Origin: Oikopleura dioica
Taxonomy: Eukaryota; Animalia; Chordata
Reading direction: 5' to 3'
DNA length: 64,000 nucleotides
NCBI GenBank assembly: GCA_907165135.1
Contig: OU015566.1
Location: 6,820,001 to 6,884,000 of the forward strand
Positions 39,363 through 52,234 of the stretch are shown here, in pieces. Within the stretch, counting starts at the first letter, position 1, and every line of letters begins with the position of its first letter. Both the position numbers and the translations under genes were made by a program. The notes beneath the pieces were generated by a model. That model did not search any database. It had not been told where the DNA came from and worked only from the letters and a program-made list of their open reading frames with translations.

Positions 39363-42300
39363 CTATTTACGAGAGCGAAGATTTCTTTTGGGAGCAACTT
39401 GATTTGTTGAGTCTGATAGCCTCCTCTGCGAACGAGTGGTTGCTCGTTTTGGCTTTTCAAGCTCTTCAACAACTGAAAAACTGAGCGAAGAACAAATTAG
39501 AATGACTACCTGGATCCAAGTTATCAGTGGTATTCTTGAACTTCTTCGAAGGAGTCGACGGCGGAGCCATCAGATTTTCGATATTTCCGGAGGCAAGAAG
39601 ATTCTCCAATTTTGTAACTTTACTCTGAAGGACTTCGTTGTCTCGCTCGAGATTTTCCTTCTCTTTTCGCAAAAGGCATCTGTCTGATCTCTTCTTCAGC
39701 ACTTCTTTTTCTAGCTCTAAATATTGAAATAAGATAATGAAGGCTGTTTTTTTGCTTACCTAAAGCGTTGATCTTCGAGTTGAGTTCAGCTTCTTTATTC
39801 GCTGCTTCTTTGATCTGATGCAGCAGCGCTTCGTTATGATTGCTCTGTTTCTGAGATTCGAGTTTGTCTTCAAGGTCGAACGAGATTCTAACCTGTTCAG
39901 CAGATTCAGTTGCTTCCTTTTTCGCTTCACGAAGTTGTCTGTTCAAATCTTGAATTTGTCGGTAGAGCTCTACTTTATCATCGCTGTCTGGCTTGTCGGA
40001 AAAGGACTAGGATTTGTAAGAAGGAAGAAATTAAAGAATATCTACCTGAAGAGCTTCTGGCGTCTTTGACATGTCTTCCATGATGTTGGACATTAGATCC
40101 GCCGTCGAGTTCAGTTGTGTTCGAGTTGAAGACGCAACCGGGAGGATCGAGCTTCGAGCTTTTGGCGGGTTAAAGTTGGCAAAGTCGATCGTATCGTTGG
40201 AATCAAGTGGATCGATCGACATGCGCGTAGTCTTTACAGTGAGGAGCTCGTCTTCTTTTTCTGCCAGCTTGAGCTCAAGCTGCGCAAGGGATGATCGTAA
40301 TTTGCGCGTTTCTGCAAGTTGCTTTTCTAATTTTGAATCGTTGTCTTTTGCCGCCGCCTCAAGATTTTGATTTTTCATCTGCAAGACTTTCAGTTCGCTT
40401 TTCAACTCTTCATTCTCCGTAGAAATTGCGTCTGTACCCTTCAATTTTTCTTCGAATTCAATTTTTGATTCAACGCGAGCTGCTTCGATTCGAGCGACTT
40501 CTTCTTTTGATTCTTTCAATGATTTCTTGAGGATTTTCATCTCTCTGAAAAGCTTTTCTGTTGAGCTGTTGTACTCGTTTCGAAGCCTTGCGCGTTCGTT
40601 GTGCAAGTCGACTTTCCAGTTATTTTTCTGAATGTCAAAGTCCATTCGTTCCTCGTTCATCAGTTTTTCATCATCTTTCCAGGCGTTTTTCATGGCTAGA
40701 ACAGAAGCGACTAGTTCTCTCTCACGTTCGCGGTAGTAAATGAGATCATCAATAAGGTCGAGCTTAGTCCACTTTCGATAATCTTCGTCGAAGCTGCCCG
40801 AAGCTGGCCCAGAAGGAACGCTCGTCAATGAAGAAACAGGCGTCTCGGAGGATGAAATTGTATCTTCCTGGCTCGCCACTGGCTGTCTACTGTAATATGC
40901 CGACTCGTTGCCTCTCGTGACATTGTACTGGTCGATCGTGGAGCCACTCATCGTTTTGAACATAACCGATGCATTCATTTGTGTGTCATGAATCGTCGAC
41001 ATGTTCATTTTTGTCATATCTTTGAATCCATGTCGATCTCTACCAAGACTGACAGTTTTCGCAGAAGCAGCAAATTTCAAAGAATTGAGCGTTTCTTCCG
41101 CAAACTTTTCATTTTGACTCACGGTTACTATTTTATGGGATCAAAAGGAAGCTCCAAATTTTTAATCATAAAACAAAAAGGATCTCATTCATGCTCGGTG
41201 CCTATCTGATCCTTTCCTATGATGATTGTTTTACTATTTCCAGTCAAGTAACTTTGCATCAGCCTGGTAAGCTTACTGTTGCGGAACGATACTGCAACGG
41301 AGCCTGGATTTTTCTGGTTGTTTCTCAGCTCCTCGATGACGATCCCGAGCTGCATTAGTGACTTGTTGATGGTCTTTGACTCTCCGAGCCGTTTTGCATC
41401 TCCACCGATGTTTTTCGATCTTTCAGCTCCGGCCAAGTCGCAGAAGCAGATTTGCGAGACTCCCCAACGATGAGCGGTCAATCTTCTAGCGATTTTGACG
41501 ATGAATAAACAGTGACTACGCGACGACTCTTCGTTCAAACGAGTCGCAGCGACATTCAAGTTCCTTCTTCCAGCGTCGATGACTTTATACGCTTCGTGAG
41601 CAGAGCTGATTTGAACTTGATGGACTCCGCCAACAAACGGGCCTTTTGCATCCTGTCTGATTCTCAATTCGGCGCGCTTGCTGCTTCCATCTACGGGCAC
41701 CAATAAATCGTGAATTCGCTCATTGTAGACCTCGACGAATGAAGCAAAGACGAGGAATTCGCTGTCATCATCGATCGGTTCTTTGAGCGGCTCAGGTGCG
41801 TTACCTGGCTTGAGTAGCTCGGGATTCAGCCTGAGGATGGAACTGCGTCGTCGGGAGTTCCAGTCACCAGATTGGCATTCTCCGTCGTTTACGCGCTCGA
41901 GAACTTCGTCTTTGAATGCATTTGCTTGTTTCTCCTCAGTGATACCAACTCTGCTGATGTAGCTTGATCCAGTGGGGCGGATGTCAGTAGAACCGTACAT
42001 TTTACCATCCAGCATCGCGAAAAGACTTTCCATCGTCCGCGCTAGAACTCCCGCATCTTCCCCTGGGCCACCCATCATTGTAAACGTTTTTCCACTGCCA
42101 GACGCTCCATATGTAAACAAGCAGCAGTTTTGACCATCAAGAGCAGCTCGAACGAGTTTTGCGCCGGAGTGAGAGTACATTTCCCGCTGTGTAGTTGAAA
42201 TCGGGACAACCGTGTTGAATCCGAACTGTTCTCCATGACCAGGTCGAGTAGGGTGACGAATTGTGACATGGGTGCTCGAGTCAATCTGGAGAAAACCATC

Positions 42301-42557
42301 GGAAACTTCGCGTGGGGATGAAGCGGGACGGATTCTGAGGACTGTTTCCAAAGCATCACTTGCTGTGTCACTAGAATAACGGATAAAATATCATTTTATT
42401 CAGTTTTTTATTCAAGCTCGTCGATTTAAATTCCTATTTTCACAAAAACTTACCCGTCAACAATTCCCGCCGCAAGAACAGATCTTCGCTTCACTTTTTC
42501 ATTTCTCTTCTGAGCAAAAAGTCTCTTTTTCGTCAGTTCTATCACACTTGTCGCCAT
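39363..42557 (-). CDS. Kinesin-6 (KIF20A/B, MKLP2-like)
   Basis: P-loop YGASGSGKT, a long loop-6 insertion characteristic of kinesin-6, switch motifs NEESSRSH and DLAGAE, VSFRNSKLTRLMQSYL, ETLNSLKFAASAK, then a coiled-coil stalk. Confidence 0.9.
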
Positions 42558-42600
42558 TTTATTTAAAAACTCAGAGCTTTGCGCTCCGGCGGTGGGGACT

Positions 42601-42659
42601 TTTCAAATGAGGCGCGCTGCGGAGTGATTTTGTATGGCGCGCGCAGCTCGCGGGCCAAT
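42601..42659 (-). promoter_or_regulatory. CDE/CHR-like element plus CCAAT box in the kinesin promoter
   Basis: The gene strand reads CGCGC-CTCA-TTTGAA (4-nt spacer) about 45-60 bp upstream of the ATG. CCAAT lies at 42655-42659. Confidence 0.55.
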
Positions 42660-43226
42660 CGCCGGGCGATGTCGATGAGTTGCCCGGGGTACATTTCCCA
42701 CGTCTTCTGAAAATCGATGCGCTCTTGAGCTCAGTTTAAAAAATATTTGCAAAGTTAAAGAATATTAATAGCAAATGCTGTAATTAAAATCCTGATCTTG
42801 CTATTTGCACTGTTCGGATTATCTTTTGGAGAAAAGACAGCATCGTTTTAAAATATATAAATATATTTATAGTGGCATTTTCATGATAAGAAATTGTATA
42901 AGTATTGAGAAGAAAGTGCCGACATCATTTGGCAAAAAGGCTGCAAAAATGAAAGTTGAGAATATAAAAAAGAATCTATTCTAGTTTTATATTTGTGATA
43001 TGTATTTAGGTAATATAAGTGCAGAAGAGTACACAGTAATAGTAAGGTAAATACAAGCATGAATTTCAAAAACATTAACAATCGAACCACATAAGAAATA
43101 TGGCACTAGGTAAATGACTAGAATGAAATAAAAAAAATGACAGAACAATAGGAGCAAAGTGAAAGATAGTAAATATAACACGGTAACGGCTTTTCGAAAG
43201 TTAGCAGATTTCGAACCAGTAAAATC

Positions 43227-45895
43227 TTAATGAAGAGGCCACGTGGTCGTCAAGTAATCATAAACGACTTCGTTCATCATCATCATCACACCTCCAGCTG
43301 GGCATAGTCGGAGGAGCTTAGCCGCTAGTCCGGCGAAAAGGGCGGCTTGACCTTCGACTCGGGCGATTTCGGCCATGACTTTGTGTACTCCCATGCCGTG
43401 GAAATTGCCTCCTGGGAGGCCGCCGAGGGACTGGATTCGGGATTTTGCCACGTCGTATGGGATATTAATGCAAGAAGCTAAATATTCATTTGTAATTCTT
43501 TCTGTAGTTATCGCTACTTTTAGCAGTTGTCAAAAAGATTCTCCTCTATGATTTCAGACAATAAAATAGCCTGAAAGTCAACTTGGATTCGAGATTTTTA
43601 AAAATTAGATCCAACTGAAATCATAAAAGAGAATGTCGAACCCAACAAAAAAGGCTGAATAATGGTAAGCATTATTCTTACCTAAAGTTCCACAAAGGCA
43701 ACCCAACAAAAATCGTTTCAAATTCAATTCCGACTTCGAAATAGCTTTCTGATCCGGCACAATAATCGGCATAACCGTCCTAAAGAGACCAAAGTAGATC
43801 GCATTCCAAACGCCATGTCGTCCCAAAGTGGCAGTGCAGCCAGTCATCAGGCCTCCTTTCGTTCCAAATCCATGCTTTTGAATAACCAAACGCATTTGAG
43901 CCGCTGCACTTGGCGTTTCTAAAAAGAAAGCGTCATTCTTTTTAAAACACAGATGTTCATATTTATAATGATAGCAGGAGCTCTGTTTCAACTCATCTCA
44001 GTCATCTGTGATTGTCTCAACAATATTAAACAAGTTGATGCTAACAAAATAATTATTCTAAAATTGAGTTCTAAAACATTGTCGGGCAGCCGAAAATGTA
44101 ATCTGGAGAAAAAATGGCTTGCACCGCAAAAGCCGGAATATAAAATGAGATGTAACATAAGAATTAATTCGAGGATTGAATACTTATGTTCACCTTTTAC
44201 GAGAGGGCTAAAATTAGGGCAAATTCCTTACGATTTTTCTAAATCAAAAGAAAAAGTTGAGCGCGAATATCATATTGATTGCTTGATGAATTCATTTATT
44301 AAAAAAATAATCTATTGACACCCTTATTCTGAACTTCAAAAACTGAATCTTTCCCTGAAGATTTCTCAGAACTAGCACAGACACACCCTTATTCATCTAC
44401 ATGAAAGTATTATGTATCCAATAAGAACAAATGATACTTGAAAATAGATAAAATGAGGGTTTCTCTTTGCTAGATCTGAAAAAGCTCGAGTAAAAAATTG
44501 AGTTTTTTGTAAGTCTTTTTGTTCTATGGCTAGGCCTCGGACGTAAAAAAGACGATTTTCACCATCCGGTCATCGTACGGGAACATGAGAGGGCTCATTC
44601 GAAAGGTCTTGATAAGGGCTTTCTATTTGACCGATAAAAAAACTGGGCCCTCCCTTTCTGTTACGAGTTATTTTGAAAAATATTTTTCGAAGCTTACCTT
44701 CAAAATCAAATATCTCCGAAAAGGAGGACAGGGCCCAGTTTTTTTATAAGCCTTACAGAAAGCCCTGTTCAAGAGCTTTCGAATGAGCCTACTCTTGTTA
44801 CCGTACGACGACCGGCTGGTGGTGATGATTTTTTACGTCCGAGGCCTATCTATGGCAAAATCGAAAAAGAAGCAAGTGCAAAACAGATGTTTTTACCGTT
44901 TTAGATTCTGTACCTTTTAGAGAACCCTTAGAGTTCTGCAGCAAAATCTTGACTCTTTCAAAAGGCGTGATAAAAAGTCCCTCCGTAAGTCCACTTCCCA
45001 GGCCAGCAATTGAGCCACAAGCAGCGTTCTAAAACGTGGCGTAAATATACTCGTCCATATCCGATCATAAATTTCATAACGCCACGATATAAATATAATG
45101 ATAACCCCGTTATCGACTTCTCGCCTTTTTTAACTTACGGATAGGCCGGTGTTGCGGGATAAATACGCGTTGTACGAGCCGAAGCAGAAAAATTTGATCG
45201 CTCGTTTTGGCGTTTCAGCGCAGATTGGTGGCAGGATTCCTTTGTAGAGAGCTGGGAAGCCTTCGTTGCGGATTGTTTTTCGGACGCAATCTGCTATTCC
45301 GTTGTAGGCATCGGCGCTTCCCTGAAATATGAAATGAGTCGGCTTTTGGGTTGAGCGTACAGATGGAGCCCATTATAAGACTACCCTACGAGAAAATTTA
45401 TCCTCGGATGGTCATAAAATGAGTACTTTTTGTAAGATCAATTTCGTAAAATTGAAAAAGTCCTCCCGCACCGGGAATCGAACCCGGGCCGCCGGAGTGA
45501 GAATCCGGAATCCTAACCCCTAGACCATGCGGGACTTGAGAGAGCCTCAAAGCTTTTCACTTATCAAAGAAGAGACTATTATCCCACTTATCAAGTGGAA
45601 AAGCGATAAGCACTCGCCGCGGGGCATGTCCCGAATGGTCTAGGGGTTAGGATTCCGGATTCTCACTCCGGCGGCCCGGGTTCGATTCCCGGTTCGGGAG
45701 GACTTTTTAGCTTTTTTCACAAAAACCAGGATTTGAAATTTATATTTCTTCCTAAGAACAAATAGTAAATACCTTGGTCTGAGATTGAAGTCGAGTCTTG
45801 ACGACATCAAGAGGATGAAAAAGAAGAATTTCAGTAAGACCAGCGGCTCCACCAGAAGCGATTCTGTAACAAGGCTCGTTGTTGAAAATACCCAT
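43227..45895 (-). CDS. SLC25A21: Mitochondrial 2-oxodicarboxylate carrier
   Basis: IASGGAAGLTEILLFHPLDVVKTRLQ; LYKGILPPICAETPKRAIKF; GLTEGLFITPFERVKI; GFGTKGGLMTGCTATLGRHGVWNAIYFG; IPYDVAKSRIQ; KLLRLCPAGGVMMM. Confidence 0.88.
44531..44848. mobile_element. 318-bp hAT-type MITE in an SLC25A21 intron
   Basis: Perfect terminal IR TAGGCCTCGGACGTAAAAAA and an 8-bp TSD TCTATGGC (44523-44530, 44849-44856). The element is palindromic along most of its length. Confidence 0.88.
45463..45534 (-). tRNA. tRNA-Glu(CTC)
   Basis: 72 nt; acceptor stem TCCCGCA/TGCGGGA; anticodon arm CCGGA-TT-CTC-AC-TCCGG; T-loop GGTTCGATTCC; a T-run terminator follows. Confidence 0.95.
45629..45700 (+). tRNA. tRNA-Glu(CTC)
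   Basis: Same cloverleaf with acceptor stem TCCCGAA/TTCGGGA, followed by GACTTTTT. Confidence 0.95.
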
Positions 45896-46108
45896 CTCTA
45901 AAAGCGGAAGAACAGTTACTGATAAGATTCTACGATAAACGAAGCAGGAGATGGTTTGACAAAGCAAGATTTCCGATCAAACGGAGGTGGTGACTTTAAA
46001 ATTAAAGAAGAGAGTCTAAATAATATTGATTTTTTAAAAAATATTTGACTAATAATTTCAGAAGTAAATAAAGAAACTTTTCAATATCAAAGCAGGCTAA
46101 GAATAAAC

Positions 46109-47457
46109 TTGATTCTCTTATCAGATGATTCTCAATCTCTCAGCAAACACAAAAAACTCCACCATGAAGGATCAACCAGGGCGCCCGGCCAATCAGAACC
46201 GCCCTCGGCGAGGTTAGCAAAGAAAGCCAGAGAATCCTATTTTTCACGAAGAATCGTCGAAATGCTCAGGAATCCGGCTCTGGTCTCTCAAATACGTCTT
46301 GCTGCGGCTAATCAACGAAAAAGCCGCGAAGTTCAGTTGCTCAGAAAGCGAGAAAAGGTAGAAATGACCTTTTAGAGGGTTTTGGGGCGATTTTAATGGG
46401 CTGTTGAACTCGAATGATCCGTTTTTAACAGTGTCACGTGATTTTGTTTGATTTATGGGAGTGTTCATGAGAATTTGTTACGTCCAAGTATTGAGACAGT
46501 TTTCTTCTCGAAATCTAAAGCCGTTTGCGGCTTCGAATAGAAAAAAACTAAAGCCGCGCTTTTTCCACTGGAAAATTTCCAGGCCTTCTTTCTCGAAGCC
46601 CAAAATCTCTTCTCGATTTTCAAACGAATAACTCTTGGTCTAAAACTGACTATTTAGTCTATTTCTCCGAATAATCCCTATCATTTCAGATCTTCCAAAA
46701 ACCGCCAAAAGGACCCGTCAACAACCGATTGATCCAAGAACTTCCAGAATACAACGATCGAGTTTCCATCGTCGGCCACAATCGCCGCCCTGGCCGCCCC
46801 AAATTCTACTCGCCAGCGAAGATTGAAAAACTCATGGAAAATGACGATTTGAGAACGAGGGAAATCGAGACGCTTTTTGAAAATGAATGGAGAGACAAAG
46901 ATCCCTACAATTATCCGCTTTTTGATGTTCGAAAGTAAGATTATAAGAGTAGAGCTGTTTTATGATCGTTTTCAGGACTCCTAGAATGCTCAGAGAAGAA
47001 AATTATCAGGAGCCGAATATTATTCATTATCCACAAGGAAAGGTTTTATTTCGTCGATTTTCTTTAGGGCATCCCTCGCATTTTCTTTAAACCAACATTT
47101 AATCGAGCGATACCCTCAATTTTGAGTCGAAAATCTCGAATTTTCTTCCACTGAAAAACTCTTTTGAAAGTACTTATTCAAATGAATTCATTTTGCTTCA
47201 CAACTCTTCATAAATTCCGCGAAATAATCATTTCCCAACTTGAAAATATGGACTACGATGTCTTGGACGTTTATCCTTCGCCACCAGACGAGTATGTTAT
47301 CAATTACAAAGACGATGATCCGGTAAAAATGGAGAAGTACAAAAGAAACTTGGTTGTTGGAAACGTTAATGCGCAAGAAATTGGGCCGTTGACGAGACAA
47401 CTGGCTGATTTTACGCCGGAAGGAGTTACTCTTACTATTGCCGCGGTAAGTTTTTAG
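46109..47457 (+). CDS. Probable mitochondrial ribosomal uS10-fold protein (mL48-like)
   Basis: The C-terminal exon ENMDYDVLDVYPSP...KYKRNLVVGNVNAQEIGPLTRQLADFTPEGVTLTI resembles the mL48/uS10m pattern ending in PEGV-x-L. The N-terminus is basic. The start is uncertain. Confidence 0.55.
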
Positions 47458-47503
47458 ATGATAAATTTATTGAGAAATTGTTGAAAGACTTTTTGAGAAA
47501 GAG

Positions 47504-48456
47504 CTAGTAAAGTTTGATAATATTCTGGTCAGAGTAAAGCTTGTTGCACATTGGGCATTTCGCTTCGTGACTTTTTGATGATCCAAGAATCTTCCGAAAG
47601 CATTTTTCACAAGCTTGATGACCACAACTTGATAAGCAGCATTTATGTCTTGCTTCTGTATTAAAGTTTTCCGCGCAAAGAGAGCAGTCGTCAGTTTGCT
47701 CATTTTTCGTTTCGTTTTCCTTACCGGATAAAATGTCATCAATCGCCATAAGTTTTCTATTAGCACTATCCAACTTCTCTTTGAGTGAATTTTTTTCTTT
47801 CTCCAACTTTGAGATTCTTTCTTTCTGTGATGCCGATATTGAAGTCAAAATTTCCTTTTTTTGTAAGAAAATTGAATGGTAGCGATCTTCTCTTCATTGG
47901 AAGTAATTCAGGACACCAATTACTAGAGCTTACCTGTACGTAGAGTAATACATGTATAAATAGTTCCACACACAAGTATTATTTGGTTCTGGCATTAACT
48001 TTTCAATAGCATGCCCCATCAAGTTCTCCTCGCATCTTTTAAACATCATTAGCATGCAGACGAAAGGGGCTGGGACTCCATAGTCGAATACTTGACCATT
48101 GATAAAAAATTCTGTGACAATATTGAAACTTTTAACATATGATTTCAATCCGTCCCCATTTATGCTTAATTCAGGATCAAAACAAGAGGCAAATTGTCGT
48201 ACGCTTATGAAAATCCTATCTATCCCACCTATCGGGAAAATGAATGTCTGATTTTACAGTTCATAAACATTTTTGAATCGATGAAGTTATTCGAAATAAC
48301 GAACTGTTCCTCTAGTCCAAAACTTTCAAAAACGTCATCGGTTATCGCCGATTCAGATTCGAAAAAACACTGTCGCACATGCTCATCCAATCTCTTGCAG
48401 TCGTCTAGGATTTCTTGACTTACTATTTCAGTCATTTTTGCCTTTTTTGCATTCAC
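47504..48456 (-). CDS. Coiled-coil + C-terminal RING-HC protein
   Basis: CSLCAENF...CLSSCGHQACEKCFRKI...CPMC in the last exon. The upstream segments at 47930-48456 probably belong to it; the 5' end is unresolved. Confidence 0.7.
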
Positions 48457-48816
48457 GGCATCAAAAAGTCTTCTGAAAAATACAATTTCGCACTTTGGTG
48501 AAACATTTTATTTAGTTTTATCCAGGTTGGGTTTTATTCAAGAACGAATATACGTAATATATATGTGCAACTGTAGGAATCAAAGTAACACATTATCCAC
48601 TAGATGGAGAATTCTGACAACCTGAAATTCAAAGACAATGCCGAAGTCGCCTATCTGAAGAAGCTCGTCAGAATGATGAAGGAAACCAAATAAAGACTTT
48701 CTTTATGCTCAATTATTCGACCCTTTCTCGATCGTTTACTCTTTCAGAATCAAAAAATGTTATGGCGTGTTCGAATCGGTTACCTAAAAAGCCACTTTCG
48801 CTACTCCAACTCGATC

Positions 48817-49700
48817 ATGAGCAAATTCGCTCCACCAGTTCCATACTCCGACGAAAAGCACGGGCGGTACTTAGAGCGAGCGAAATCGGAGCTGACGGAG
48901 AAAGATAAGGAAGGAAAAACACCTGAAGAAATCATACAATTAGAGAAGGAAATGGCAATTTACATCCGAAATCAAGAAATGCAAAAGGTGGAGATAAAAC
49001 GGGCCCAAGAGGATTTGGGTTCTATGGCGACGATTACTCAAGGAAAGGGTCTAGCAATGTTCCGATTTAGGGCTAGAGAATTCGAAGAATTTCGCGGTTT
49101 ATTGAACATTTCGGCATTTTCTTTGATCTGTTTCTAGCTGATGTTATTCTAAACTCGCGCAAGTATGTTTACGCCGATTAGTAGGTCAATTGTTAGACCA
49201 TAGAAAACAGGAGCTGGCCAAAAACAACAATGGTTCCCATACTACCAGCGCCAACTCATCGACCGAATGGAATACATCACCGAAAACCAACCCAAACGAC
49301 CCGTCGCTGAGAATAAATCCAGTTCTCTCTATCCTTATAAGTTCTATGGAGAAATGACTGAATGGAAAGGCCTGGATAATCAGCTGAATATTTGCAGAAC
49401 GAATTTTGGGATCAAAAGCGCGAGATATTTCGTTTACGAACATCGAGTGGGAAAACAGTATTTTGAACGCAACAATCAAGGTATTAACTTTCTTCTTTGC
49501 TCAGTTTTTCTTACTCCCGTTTTTAGTTCAGCGCGCTAGAATGCTCCGTAATCAGTTTTTATCTGGCGAAAGGCTTGTCAGTTTGATGCCGGCTCCTGTT
49601 CAGCCTTATTTGAGGTTTGTATACATCGTAAATGCACACTGATTTGCTTCTTATCGCGAATTCTAGCGAAGAAAGTTATACTAAGACAAGGCTTTATCTT
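48817..49700 (+). CDS. Uncharacterised multi-exon protein
   Basis: Coding-like exons MSKFAPPVPYSDEKHGRYLERAK..., QQWFPYYQRQLIDRMEYITENQPKR... and VQRARMLRNQF... are joined by short introns. No family recognised; the 3' end is ambiguous. Confidence 0.55.
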
Positions 49701-49740
49701 ATCATCTTACCCCTTACTTATCATTTTGTACCGGTGACAG

Positions 49741-52136
49741 ATGGGACCATTGGACCAATTGGAGTTCTTTAGATCCATCAAAAGAATCATCCCTAATTTT
49801 AACCAAAAATTTAGAGGAGCAAGGGTATATTTCTGTTGTTTTAGGAGATTTCTAGCGATCTAGTTTGGCTATGTAGCAATTTTTGCTTTTATTGCTAACC
49901 TTTTATCAGACCCTTGATTCAAGTACCTCGATAATGATCTCCCTTTTTAGACTCGCACGATACGACAAACCAATCGGTTACCAACTCCTGTTTGTACCCG
50001 CCTTCATGGGATTGGTCAGTGGATGCCAGTTTACTCAATTACCCGACGCTTATCTGATGAGTATTTTTGCGGCTGGGATAGTGTTTTACAAAAAGCTTAG
50101 TATGCGCATTTTCACGTTTTACAGGGCCTAATTACAGGGCTTTCTGCTTTTTTGAACGCTTAAAAAATTCGATTTATTACAGTAGTTTTATTGACACCGT
50201 TTTTATCAAAAAATCTAACGCTATTGGACCATTAGCATAGTTCAAAATTCTTACTATCTTCTGTTACGGTACTTGATCCGGTCCCCACCCTTCCTCTTCC
50301 AGTATCTAAATCCTCCAGGTCGTTAGGTTGTCTCCCGCCCAATTTCGTCATTATTCTCCCTATCTTCTACTTTTTTCGCTATCCCCGCAAAAAGAACGCT
50401 TCTGACTCGTGGAGCTGGATGCACCATCAACGACATCTGGGATCACAAACTGGACGCGCAGGTCGAACGGTGTAAGACAAGACCGATCCCTTCCGGAGAT
50501 GTTTCCGTGGAGAAAGCGAAGATCTTTTTTGTGGCTCAGTTGAGCGCTGCTTTTGGGCTTCTTTGAATAGGTTCTAAAATGAGGTTTCAAAATCCGATTC
50601 ATCAAGTATTTCCTCCAAATATTTCGAGAAAGTCTTTGGAAGCCATACTTTTTTGAACCAAAAATCAGTCTTCTGAACCCCACCACGTTCTTCCTCGGCC
50701 TCTTGGCACCTATCCCGATCGTCGTTTACCCCCTTATTAAACGTTACAACTTGCCGGATCATTGGCAGCACACCCGCGCGGCCTGGCTCTTGCGCCCACA
50801 ATTGTTTCTCGGGCTTACATTCAACTGGGGCGCGATGATGGGTTATTCTGCGGTGACGGATAACATCGATCTCGCCGTTCAAATCCCGCTCTATTTGGGC
50901 TGCGTCGCGTGGACTGTCATGTATGATACTGTTTATGCTCTTCAGGGAAAGCTTCAAATATTTTATCAGAAATTTCATTTTTCAATTTGAATTTTTCAAT
51001 TTTGAAATTTATATAATCATTTTTGGTCGCTTAGGCTTAGTCTAGGGCAGATCTGTTAGTGTTTGAGCTTACGAAAAGGATATTGACGACGACCGGAAGC
51101 TCGGACTGAATACATCTGCGGATTTCCGGCAACTGCCGAAGGAATATCGCGCCAATCCGGCCAAAGCCTTCCGAAATCACCGCACGCGTCAGAAAATCAT
51201 GCACTACCAAGCTCAGGAACGGTTCGCATTTTTTATCCAGAAAGACAGGGGCCTTTTTACTGAACGGTTCATGTCAAATTTGCCCCAGAAATTCTTTTGA
51301 GCACTCGAAAGGTTACGAAATGCGAGCCCATCTTGATAGGAGCAAAGTAAGTTCTTGGCTAGTTGTCAAACTGCCATGTTCTTATCGCTGGTGGCTTGGG
51401 CGACCGCGCTGGAAACGCGGGGCACCATTATCGCCGCCGATTCGTTGGTTATTTTTACAGGTTTGTTCGATACGTACAGGGCGCTTGTTAATTCCGAACT
51501 TTGCTTTCTTAAAATTATACCTCGGGTATAATCTGGGTTAGTTTGGTCAGCAAATAGGCACTAATCGTAGCTCAAAAGGACTAGTTTTTAGAAACTATTT
51601 TAGCTGAAACATTTTGAAGGAAAAGATCGAATTTCTCGAAATATAGACATCTCCTTTTTTGCGATAAGATTTTGAATAAAAATTAGAACCTCTTCCCAGA
51701 CAGTAAGCCCGCATTTCTTTCCGTAATTGTCGCTGATTAGATAAAGCAGACACGCTGTCTCAAATATCTCTTGCTTTAGGAGTTCACGTATGCTCGTAAT
51801 CGTATACAGGAGCGGCCCTTCTAAAGGAGCTTCAACTCGACTCGCGTATTAACCATTTTCTTCTAAGGGGCACTTCTGGCGGCGAATTTCGCATGGTACC
51901 ATTATGGCTGCGGCGCTTTCGCTGGTCAAACTGCTGACAAAGTCAGATATCTCGAATTCTTCAAGAGACAGAAATGGATTGGCTTTTGGCTTATGTTCTC
52001 CTTGCTACTGGCGCATGGATTAATCAGAAATTTACGATTATACGATGATGATTTAAATCGCGTGTATATATTAAAAGAAGAATCTAGGGAAATTCTATCT
52101 GCTATTCAACCTCTCCTGCCTTCAAGTTTAGACTAA
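49741..52136 (+). CDS. COQ2: 4-hydroxybenzoate polyprenyltransferase
   Basis: RLARYDKPIG; RGAGCTINDIWDHKLDAQVERCKTRPIPSG; YPLIKR; PQLFLGLTFNWGA; WTVMYDTVYALQ-DIDDDRKLGLNTSA. Start and last exons are approximate. Confidence 0.92.
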
Positions 52137-52234
52137 TTACTTCCAGTTAATTTAATTTATTTGTACATACCGCAGCTTGAACAAGCTTTAGAATACAAGT
52201 TGTATTTTAGAAAGGAGGCTCGTAAATTAATAAC

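Noticed and set aside
42881-43181. Two very hydrophobic minus-strand ORFs suggesting a mitochondrial insert or small membrane proteins
   Set aside because: They lie directly downstream of the SLC25A21 stop on the same strand in T-rich sequence. No mitochondrial motif is recognisable, so a U-rich 3' UTR is the simplest explanation.
45463-45700. tRNA pair interpreted as a tRNA-derived SINE or MITE
   Set aside because: Both are exact 72-nt cloverleaves with terminators and a compensatory stem change, with no SINE body, tail or TSD.
50563-50565. In-frame TGA in COQ2 (possible selenocysteine or readthrough)
   Set aside because: It is removed by a GC-AG intron starting a few bases upstream, which restores AAFG-LLNPTT in frame.
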